This document shows, piece by piece, positions 25,289-32,868 of a stretch of DNA of 33,313 bases; the first letter of the stretch is position 1, and each line of letters opens with the position of its first letter. Source of the stretch: an uncultured Gemmatimonadaceae bacterium (GTDB lineage Bacteria; Gemmatimonadota; Gemmatimonadetes; Gemmatimonadales; GWC2-71-9). Position numbers and translations under genes: made by a program. Below the pieces are notes generated by a model. The model was given only the letters and a program-made list of their open reading frames with translations. It was not told the DNA's origin and did not search any database. The DNA lies in NCBI GenBank assembly GCA_964436395.1, contig CAYTDU010000003.1:1-33313 (forward strand), in the 5' to 3' direction.

Positions 25289-26161
25289 CTAGCTCTTCCC
25301 CTCCAACAGATCCACGAATGCGTTTGCACTCTGCGGGCGGTCGCGTGGGTTCTTCTCCAACGCAGCGTGAACGGCGTTCTCCACGTACTCTGGCAGTCCA
25401 GGCTTCACAACGCGGAGCGAAGGCGGGGACGCTCCCCTGTGTTTCCTCAACACTGCGGCGGCGGAAGGTCCGTCAAACACCGGTTCGCCCATCAGCGCTT
25501 CATAGACTATGCATGCCAAAGAATAAACGTCGCTCATGCCGTCCAGCTTAGATGCGCCGCTAGCTTGTTCGGGGCTCATGTAGTGAGGTGTGCCGACCAG
25601 CAGTCCGCTCGACGAAAGCCGATCACCTCCCGAGCGTATGATCGCGCGTGCCACACCGAAATCGCAAAGTACGACACGATCTTCCATGAAGAGAACGTTT
25701 CCCGGTTTGATGTCCCGGTGCACCACATTGTGCTGATGCGCGTAGTCCAACGCGGCTGCCAACTGCCGTGCGAGGCCCACTGCCTCATCGGTGCAAAGCA
25801 GATCACCCTCATTGAACCTGTCTGCCAGCGACCCACCGTCGGCGTACGGTGAGATGAAACAGAGGCGCTCTCGCTGCTCGCCTGACTCCAGAAGCGGAAG
25901 GATGTTTGGATGATCGAGATTCTTGAGCAGTGAGATCTCTCGGTGGAACATCTTGCGTCCCATCGTGCGCGTGAACTCCGGCCGCAGCACTTTGATCGCA
26001 ACGAGCAAGCCGTCGGTTACGCGCTTGGCCAAAAACACGTCTGCCATGCCACCCTTGCCGAGCCTCTTGATCAACTCGTATCTGTCATGTAGCTCGCTGC
26101 AACCCGCATCGACCAGTTCGGGCACGAATCCTCCCGCTGATGAGAGAGGGATAGCATGCAC
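25289..26161 (-). CDS. stand-alone Ser/Thr protein kinase catalytic domain (STK3)
   Basis: 290 aa with a GTG start. Contains GKGGMADVF, VAIKVL, HRDIKPGNVL, DFG and MSPEQ. No TM helix or C-terminal domain. Convergent with STK2, separated by 19 nt. Confidence 0.9.
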   Translation of the reverse strand: MHAIPLSSAGGFVPELVDAGCSELHDRYELIKRLGKGGMADVFLAKRVTDGLLVAIKVLRPEFTRTMGRKMFHREISLLKNLDHPNILPLLESGEQRERLCFISPYADGGSLADRFNEGDLLCTDEAVGLARQLAAALDYAHQHNVVHRDIKPGNVLFMEDRVVLCDFGVARAIIRSGGDRLSSSGLLVGTPHYMSPEQASGASKLDGMSDVYSLACIVYEALMGEPVFDGPSAAAVLRKHRGASPPSLRVVKPGLPEYVENAVHAALEKNPRDRPQSANAFVDLLEGKS

Positions 26162-26286
26162 CCGTTTTCAGCCAACCGCCACCCCCAAGGGTAGACGGAT
26201 TGGTGATTGCAGAATACAGAGTGAAGAGTGCAGATTTGCTGCAATCTGGTGAGGTCGGTTTGTACGGCGGATGACGCAGTTCATCC

Positions 26287-26314
26287 TGCATTCTGAATTC
26301 TGCATTCTGAATTC
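26287..26314. repeat. perfect tandem duplication of the 14-mer TGCATTCTGAATTC
   Basis: 26287-26300 equals 26301-26314. Lies in the divergent region between STK3 and the NTF2-like gene. Confidence 0.9.
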
Positions 26315-26372
26315 CACCGTGCCGCCTTACCTTGCCTGCGACATGAACGCTCGAGAACCCAGGGATCCATCC

Positions 26373-26867
26373 ATGCGCTATACAGCTCTGCTCCTCATCG
26401 CTCTTGCTGCCGCCTGTGACGACGGGGAGATCTCGGTGCGCCAACGTTTCCTGGCACAATCGAGTGTCTCCGTCCAATTCGAAGCATGGGCACGAGCGCT
26501 GAACAACCAGGACCTTGATTCACTCGCTCTCGTCTACCATCATGACCCGGAACTCAGAATCCTTGGAATAGACGGTACGGTATCTCACGGCTGGGAGGAG
26601 GAGCATACAAGACAAATCGCATTCCTCGACTCGACGGAGCTGGTCAACTTCGTGCCCAGTGAGCCGGAGATTCAATTGCTAGGCAAAGAAATGGTGCTGA
26701 CGATTTTCCGGCATACTCTCGACATAGTGCACACAGACGGGCAACGCGAACCAACAGTACGAGGACTCGGCACGATACTGTGGAAGAAAGACCCAGCTGA
26801 CGACAACTGGAAGATTCTCGTGATGCAGCTGGCGGCGCGTCAGAGAAGCGGGGAGCTGGAGATGTAG
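26373..26867 (+). CDS. NTF2-like (SnoaL/DUF4440-type) secreted protein, possible lipoprotein
   Basis: I prefer the ATG at 26373 because MRYTALLLIALAAAC is a signal peptide. FEAWARALNNQDLDSLALVY...WKILVMQL is typical of the NTF2-like fold. Confidence 0.7.
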   Translation: MRYTALLLIALAAACDDGEISVRQRFLAQSSVSVQFEAWARALNNQDLDSLALVYHHDPELRILGIDGTVSHGWEEEHTRQIAFLDSTELVNFVPSEPEIQLLGKEMVLTIFRHTLDIVHTDGQREPTVRGLGTILWKKDPADDNWKILVMQLAARQRSGELEM

Positions 26868-26869
26868 AA

Positions 26870-26927
26870 CCTCCCCGCCCTCCGCTCCCTGCTCCCCGCT
26901 CCCTGCTCCCCGTTCCCACCCCCCTCC
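26870..26927. repeat. C-rich GCTCCC(C/T) heptamer array, second copy of the 3111-3217 element
   Basis: 26885-26912 is the exact reverse complement of 3116-3143 (28 nt). Starts 3 nt after the stop codon. Confidence 0.85.
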
Positions 26928-26985
26928 TTGTCTAAACTGATCCCACATCTTATTCTGTTCCAACTTTCCACAGGAGTTCGGTCCA

Positions 26986-28101
26986 CTGTCGGACCTCTTC
27001 CTCAGTTCGGACGACTATAGCGAACGCGCGCACAATCTCTACAATGAAGGGCATTATGACGCGGCTCTCGAAGTTTTGCGAGATGGCCTCGAACGATATC
27101 CCTTCGCAGTGGATCTGCACGTAGGAGAGGGGTACGCCCGACTCGCACGCGACGAATTCCTCTGGGCTCGCCGGAGCTTCGAGACGGCGGTAGAGCTCGA
27201 ACTCGACCACGAAGAGGCACTAGCAGGACTCGGGGAGACTCTGCTCAAACTCGGACACCGCGAAGCCGCGATGCGCTGTTTCGATCGGGTGTTGTCATTG
27301 GGTTTCAAGGAAGATCACGACCTGATGCTTCAGATCGGGCGTGCGCTCTTTCGCGAAGCAATGGTGAATCATGCACGCGGGTTTTTCCAGTTGGCCGTCG
27401 ACAGCCATCCCAATTCTTCGGAAGCAGTAGCCTGCTTGGGATACGCGCTACACCGAACAGGCGAAGAAGATGCGGCGCTCTATTGGTTGAGGAGAGCGCT
27501 CGACCTAGACCCGGCGCATTCCGAAGCGCGCATCTACTTGGGGAACCTGCTGTACGACCGCGGCGAGTACGCAGCTGCCCTCATGCATTTCGAGCGCACG
27601 GAACCGGGTGACCATATCGATGAGCTCGCGGTGTGGCGCCTGATCGAGCTGAAGAAGTCAGTGTACCACATATCGCCCACTGATCCCGAGCTGGCCCCTT
27701 GGTCGAATCGACTCGCGGGGATCGCTGAAGAGATGGATTCGATCGAACTCCTTCTCGCCGAAGTAGAGGCCGCGCAGCCCGACGGTACCTTTCGCGACCC
27801 GCGCCAGCTCGAGCTGTTCGGCACGCTGTTGGTGGAACTGCAGGGAATGCAGCGCCGGACGCCAGGCGAGAAACACCGAGTGCGGACAACATCAGGTGTC
27901 TCATATTCCGGCACATGGGAGGAGATCGTTCTGCAAATGAAGATGGACGATCGCGAGCTATCGGAGGCATCAGTGAAGCAGTACATGGCCCAGGCTTCGT
28001 TGCGAAAGCACACCGAGACAGGAGTCGTGATCCCCGTAAGTGATGCCGAGAGCTTCATTCGAGGCGCGGCCGCAGCAGGGGTGTTGATGATTTTGTCGTG
28101 A
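26986..28101 (+). CDS. TPR repeat protein; start codon unresolved
   Basis: The first TPR, AHNLYNEGHYDAALEVLRDGLERYP, begins upstream of the first canonical start (TTG 27076). The 5' end given is an in-frame CTG 9 nt after AGGAG (26972-26976). Confidence 0.75.
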   Translation: MSDLFLSSDDYSERAHNLYNEGHYDAALEVLRDGLERYPFAVDLHVGEGYARLARDEFLWARRSFETAVELELDHEEALAGLGETLLKLGHREAAMRCFDRVLSLGFKEDHDLMLQIGRALFREAMVNHARGFFQLAVDSHPNSSEAVACLGYALHRTGEEDAALYWLRRALDLDPAHSEARIYLGNLLYDRGEYAAALMHFERTEPGDHIDELAVWRLIELKKSVYHISPTDPELAPWSNRLAGIAEEMDSIELLLAEVEAAQPDGTFRDPRQLELFGTLLVELQGMQRRTPGEKHRVRTTSGVSYSGTWEEIVLQMKMDDRELSEASVKQYMAQASLRKHTETGVVIPVSDAESFIRGAAAAGVLMILS

Positions 28102-28160
28102 CGGCCGTACACTTGCCCACCAGCTTCGCCAACTTCTCCCACTTCTAACCTGAGCACTAG

Positions 28161-30788
28161 ATGCACATCACCGATAACGTCATCAGGGAAGTTCTCCCGA
28201 ACGATTTGACGATACTCGTTCAAAGAGAGACCAGCGCTCCAGTCGTGGCGGTGGTTACCCACGTGAAGGCCGGTTATTTCGACGAACCGGATGAGTGGGT
28301 GGGCATGTCCCATGTGTTGGAACACATGTTGTTCAAGGGCACTGATCGCCGCGGTCCGGGTGATATCGCTCACGAGACGCAGTCTTTGGGTGGGTATCTC
28401 AATGCCGGCACCAGCTACGTCAAGACCGTCTACTACACGGCACTGCCGTCGAGCAGCGGCGGCATTGAGAAAGCCTTGGATATTCAGGCGGACGCCTTGA
28501 GAAACTCAGCGCTCGATCGGGAGGAGTTGGGGCGCGAGCTGGAAGTGATCATACAGGAGGCAAACCGGAAGCTGGATTCGCCCGACGCCGTTGCGGGTGA
28601 AACCCTTTACGAACTGCTGTTTCACAAACACCGAATGCGACGGTGGCGAATTGGCACCGAAGCAGGCCTGAGGGAATTCACGCGCGAAGCAGTTTGGGAA
28701 TACTATTCGACCCGCTACACGCCAGGTCGGGTGGTGGTAGGGATTGTAGGTGATTTGGATACGCAGCAGGCAGTTGAGTTGGCCAGGGGGATTTACGGCG
28801 ATTGGAACCGACCGACGGTAACCGTTGAATCGTCGCCAGCGGAACCAAGGGAGTTCATTCCCAAGACACGATCGATGTTCGGCGATGTGAAGCGGCCTAT
28901 TGCCGTGGTGGGTTGGCGTACGGTCGGGGCGCTACACGAAGACACAGCGGCACTCGACGTGGCCGCGTCGGTGTTGGGTTTGGGGCGGGGGGCGCGCCTC
29001 TACCGGGTAGTGCGGACAGCGGGCCTGGCGAGCAGCGCGCAAGCGACACATTTCACGCCCGGCGAAGTGGGTGTCTTCGACATCACGCTAGCGGCCGATG
29101 GCGATCGGTTGGACGACGCGGTCACCCGCTCTGTTGAGGTCGCTCTCGAGCTCGCACAGGACGGTCCAACCGAGTCAGAACTCGACCGGGTGAGAGCGAT
29201 GGTAACAATGCGAAGGGCACGAGTCTTCGAGTCGATGGATTCGAGGGCGGCCGCATTGTGCGAAGCTGAGGCACTTGGCGGGTACACGCTCGTCGACGAA
29301 GAATACGACAAGTTGATGGCTGTAACGCCTGACGACGTGAAGGATGTGACAGCGCGATACTTGAGTCCCGATCGTGCGTGCGGCGTGTTTTACCTCCCGC
29401 GTGGAGACGCGGGTCGGTTTGGCGGGAACTCCTGGCCGTTGGAACTAACAGTGTCGACGCCGATTCTGCATCCATCGGCTGTTTCTGATGTCGAAGTCTC
29501 ATCCGCCACTACTGACTCCACTGTCGACATCGTCTATTACGATGGGGAAGTCCTTCGCCATTCATATCCAGGCGTGGACGTACTTGTGAAGTCGAAACCC
29601 GGGTCCGGTCTCGTTACGCTCGGATTGGATGTGGCGGGGTTGCCGTCCATGGAGACTGAGGCCAACACCGGTATCTCGCGGCTACTGGCCAGGTCCACCG
29701 TTCGAGGTGCAGGTGGGAAGACTGGCGAGGAGTTGGCTTTGGCCGCTGAATCTCTGGGCGGCGGGATAGTCGCGAGTAGCGCTGCCGATGGTTTGGGGTG
29801 GGGCATCACCGTCCCGCCTGAGTCGCTCCGCGCCGCTGCGGAACTGCTTCGCATCGTAGCGCTGGAGCCCAACTTGGAGTCGGCGGACATCGCGAAGGAA
29901 CGCGTACTCCAGGCTAGCGATGCTCGCAGGTCACAGGATGACATGCTCAGACATCCGATCCAGCGTGTGCTGGCGCAGGCCTTCGAAGGCGATGCGTATG
30001 GTCTTCCACAAATCGGCGAGCCCGAGACAGTCGCAGCACTGACTGGGGACGATGTGCGTGAGTGGGGTGCCGCCGTAGGGGGATACCGGGCAACGGTAGT
30101 GGCAGTTGGAGATTTGGATCGAGAAAGCATGTTGGAGGGAATCGCACCCTTGGCTGGCTGGCCGGCAGCCGAAGAGGCGGCGGCCGAGCGGGGTGGGCAT
30201 GTGGTATTTCATGCTCAGTCGGGATCCGAGCATCGAGACAAAGCCCAGAGCGCCTTGGCCATGGCATTCCCATCGGTGCCTGCGGCGTCACCCGACAGGT
30301 TTGCGATTGCTGTCTTGGGATCGCTGCTAAGTGGGCTTGCTGGCAGGTTGTTCGAGGAACTGAGGGACAAGCGTTCGCTCGCATACACGGTAGCTGCGAT
30401 GCCCTGGCTCCGGCGTCGTGGCGGCGCGATGCTGACCTACATAGCCACGTCGCCTGATCGTGAATCAGAGGCGCGGCAGGGGATGCTCGAAGAACTGGAG
30501 CGGCTAGTTGAGAAGCGGGTACCGGAACCGGAACTCACTCGCGCACGCAACTATGCCGCCGGGCTGGTCGAGATGCGGCAGCAAAATGCCTCGTCAGTCG
30601 CAAGCGAGATCCTCAATGCATGGTTGAACGGAGTGCTCGACGAGTACACCACCACTGCAGAACGGATACGGGCGGTGACGGCCGAGGAGGTCGCTCGCGT
30701 GGCAGCCGATGTGTTTGGCACGGGGCAACGGGCGGAGTATGTGCTGAGAGGGGTCGGACAGGCGGACGGGCGGACAGGCGGACGGTAA
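28161..30788 (+). CDS. fused two-module M16 (pitrilysin/insulinase) family zinc peptidase
   Basis: 875 aa. The HxxEH motif HVLEHMLFKG is in the N-terminal module. The second M16-like half lacks the motif. Confidence 0.9.
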   Translation: MHITDNVIREVLPNDLTILVQRETSAPVVAVVTHVKAGYFDEPDEWVGMSHVLEHMLFKGTDRRGPGDIAHETQSLGGYLNAGTSYVKTVYYTALPSSSGGIEKALDIQADALRNSALDREELGRELEVIIQEANRKLDSPDAVAGETLYELLFHKHRMRRWRIGTEAGLREFTREAVWEYYSTRYTPGRVVVGIVGDLDTQQAVELARGIYGDWNRPTVTVESSPAEPREFIPKTRSMFGDVKRPIAVVGWRTVGALHEDTAALDVAASVLGLGRGARLYRVVRTAGLASSAQATHFTPGEVGVFDITLAADGDRLDDAVTRSVEVALELAQDGPTESELDRVRAMVTMRRARVFESMDSRAAALCEAEALGGYTLVDEEYDKLMAVTPDDVKDVTARYLSPDRACGVFYLPRGDAGRFGGNSWPLELTVSTPILHPSAVSDVEVSSATTDSTVDIVYYDGEVLRHSYPGVDVLVKSKPGSGLVTLGLDVAGLPSMETEANTGISRLLARSTVRGAGGKTGEELALAAESLGGGIVASSAADGLGWGITVPPESLRAAAELLRIVALEPNLESADIAKERVLQASDARRSQDDMLRHPIQRVLAQAFEGDAYGLPQIGEPETVAALTGDDVREWGAAVGGYRATVVAVGDLDRESMLEGIAPLAGWPAAEEAAAERGGHVVFHAQSGSEHRDKAQSALAMAFPSVPAASPDRFAIAVLGSLLSGLAGRLFEELRDKRSLAYTVAAMPWLRRRGGAMLTYIATSPDRESEARQGMLEELERLVEKRVPEPELTRARNYAAGLVEMRQQNASSVASEILNAWLNGVLDEYTTTAERIRAVTAEEVARVAADVFGTGQRAEYVLRGVGQADGRTGGR

Positions 30789-30902
30789 AAAGGGCAGCAA
30801 CCTACCGCCCGACCGCCCGGGGACGGGCAGGGTGCGGAAGGGGACCGCCGGGTGGTGCGGGGCCGGGTGTGGTACCGCCCTGTGTGTTGGTGAAGGGCGG
30901 GG

Positions 30903-31361
30903 TTAAAACATGGACATCGCGAGAAACGAACGTAGGTTGTCGTTCGTCACTCGCAGACGGTCGCACAGCAGCCTGACCACCGACCAGAGCACTTTGTATC
31001 CGAGCTCGCGGTCAAAATCCAGGAGCATCTCAAAGTCGGAACGCGTGATGGTGAGTAGAACGCAATCGGTGTTTGCAATCGCGTCCGTGGAACGCGTTGA
31101 ACGGTCTAGTACGGCCATTTCACCGAAACATGCACCGGGTTTCAAGACGGCCAGTGCTTCTTCGCCGGACCCAGGCACGTCGCGCGAGATGCGGACCTCG
31201 CCGTCGGCTATGATGAAAAGGCGGTTTCCAGGCTCGTCCTCTTTGAATATCGTTTTGCCAAATTTGAAGCGCTGTTCGTTGCAGATCTCAGCTACACGGT
31301 CTAATTCGTTCTCTTCGAGATCGGCGAAGATAGCGGCCTTCTTTATGAGGCTCAGGTCCAT
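30903..31361 (-). CDS. stand-alone cyclic nucleotide-binding domain protein
   Basis: 152 aa. GDEGNRLFIIADGEV-like segment EDEPGNRLFIIADGEVRI and FGEMAVLD...RSTDAIA form the cNMP phosphate-binding cassette. Confidence 0.85.
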   Translation of the reverse strand: MDLSLIKKAAIFADLEENELDRVAEICNEQRFKFGKTIFKEDEPGNRLFIIADGEVRISRDVPGSGEEALAVLKPGACFGEMAVLDRSTRSTDAIANTDCVLLTITRSDFEMLLDFDRELGYKVLWSVVRLLCDRLRVTNDNLRSFLAMSMF

Positions 31362-31394
31362 GTGATCTCACCTTGCAGGGAGATGGGAACTTAG

Positions 31395-31931
31395 GTGGAA
31401 GCTACAGACCGCCTCGATGCGCGGCAAGATAGAAAGCTGCTAAGAGCGCCGGACCTGCTCACGATGTGCAGGATTCCGCTCGCGGTGGTGTTTCTGCTCG
31501 TCGATGCGGCAATCGTGCGGCTCGTGGTGCTTGGATTGGTGGTTGTCACCGATGTTGGCGATGGCATCTGGGCACGTCGCATCGGTGGGTCAAAGGCAGG
31601 CGCGGTGCTGGATCCGATCGCCGACAAGCTGTTCATGCTGGCGGCGTTTATCGTGGTTTTTCGAACCGGCCTGCTGAACCCTTGGGAAGTGCTTGGAGTG
31701 CTTCTCAGAGACATCACGGCTCTGATTAGCTTCATCGGTGTTACAATCCTACGCCGACCGAAGACGCTTCCCGCCCGGGCCGGTGGCAAGGCGGTCACGG
31801 TCTGCCAGGCACTCACACTGCTCGCCTTTCTCGCCGGGTCGGAGCTGTTGCGCCCGTTGGCGTGGGCTACGGCGGCGATTTCCCTGTATGCAATCTGGGA
31901 TTACATGACGGTGGCGAGAAACAAACGGTAA
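31395..31931 (+). CDS. CDP-alcohol phosphatidyltransferase family protein
   Basis: 178 aa with a GTG start. DGIWARRIGGSKAGAVLDPIADKL fits DG(x2)AR(x7)G(x3)D(x3)D. Confidence 0.85.
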   Translation: MEATDRLDARQDRKLLRAPDLLTMCRIPLAVVFLLVDAAIVRLVVLGLVVVTDVGDGIWARRIGGSKAGAVLDPIADKLFMLAAFIVVFRTGLLNPWEVLGVLLRDITALISFIGVTILRRPKTLPARAGGKAVTVCQALTLLAFLAGSELLRPLAWATAAISLYAIWDYMTVARNKR

Positions 31932-31958
31932 TTTTGGTGATTCCGAACTGAGGAACCA

Positions 31959-32450
31959 ATGACACGGATTCTGCCCATACTCCTCGCCCTATTGTGCTGG
32001 GCCGCGGCTGCGGCACAGAACGACCCTGTCCAACTCGGCCTTCACGGTTTCGCGGCTAGGGTTGGGGTCGATTTCGAAGGCCAGGGCCAGGCGCTGGCGA
32101 GCTTCGCGGTGGATATGGGCAATCTCTACACCGATCGGCTACGCTTGCGGCCGTCGGCGGAACTGGGGTTCGGTTGGGGTGACAATACGTATGTGGCTAA
32201 TGTGGAGGCTGTGTATCGGTTCACGGCCGATACAGTCGTTGCGGTGCCATATCTTGGTGGTGGCGTTGCGCTATTCGGGCAGGAAGGATGTGGTGAAATC
32301 GAAGATTGTCCAGCATTTTGGGCGCAATTTGTATTGGGATTCGAGGTGCGGCTCCGAAACCATATAAACTGGGTGCTGGAATACCACGCTGAAGATGCGT
32401 TCAGACGTCATCGGATCTTCTTGGGGCTGACTTCTAGGCGGGGGAATTAG
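31959..32450 (+). CDS. small outer-membrane beta-barrel-like protein
   Basis: 163 aa with a GAGGA RBS and the signal peptide MTRILPILLALLCWAAAAAQ. The sequence alternates hydrophobic residues and is Gly-rich. Confidence 0.6.
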   Translation: MTRILPILLALLCWAAAAAQNDPVQLGLHGFAARVGVDFEGQGQALASFAVDMGNLYTDRLRLRPSAELGFGWGDNTYVANVEAVYRFTADTVVAVPYLGGGVALFGQEGCGEIEDCPAFWAQFVLGFEVRLRNHINWVLEYHAEDAFRRHRIFLGLTSRRGN

Positions 32451-32451
32451 C

Positions 32452-32868
32452 TTGTCGAATAACCGTGCGATATCGTTGGAGTGGACAGGTGAGGGAATGA
32501 GATTTCAGGGCGGTGGAGTCGATCCTCAGACCCCTCCCATCATACTCGACGGGAGGGGTGAGGAGGGACCCACCCCAATGGACGGGTTGCTGCTCGCAGC
32601 AGCTGGATGTGCCGGTGCCGATATCGTCGTCATCCTCAAGAAGATGAAGGTGGCACTCAACACGGTCTCTATCGACCTGGTGGGTGAGCGGCGTCCGGAA
32701 CATCCCAAACGATATGTGTCACTGAAGTACGTGTTCCGACTTGCCGGTGAAGGTCTGGAGCGCTCCAAAGCAGAGCGAGCTGTCCGCCTCTCGCTCAACA
32801 AGTACTGTTCGGTGACGCAAAGCCTAAACCCCGATGTCAAGGTGGATTACGAGATTGAGCTTCTCTAG
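32452..32868 (+). CDS. OsmC/Ohr family protein
   Basis: 138 aa. A TTG start 1 nt after the upstream stop is needed to keep the conserved N-terminal strand ISLEWTGEG. Contains LLLAAAGCAGADIV and LNKYCSVTQSL. Confidence 0.85.
   Translation: MSNNRAISLEWTGEGMRFQGGGVDPQTPPIILDGRGEEGPTPMDGLLLAAAGCAGADIVVILKKMKVALNTVSIDLVGERRPEHPKRYVSLKYVFRLAGEGLERSKAERAVRLSLNKYCSVTQSLNPDVKVDYEIELL

Noticed and set aside
26271-26372. Longer N-terminal extension of the NTF2-like gene (MTQFILHSEFCILNS...).
   Set aside because: The extension is encoded by the 14-mer tandem repeat and precedes a clean signal peptide that starts at the ATG at 26373.
27534-30130. Antisense ORFs 27534..28373(-), 279 aa, and 29537..30130(-), 197 aa.
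   Set aside because: They are opposite-strand shadows of the TPR and M16 genes with Ser/Arg/Pro-rich translations.
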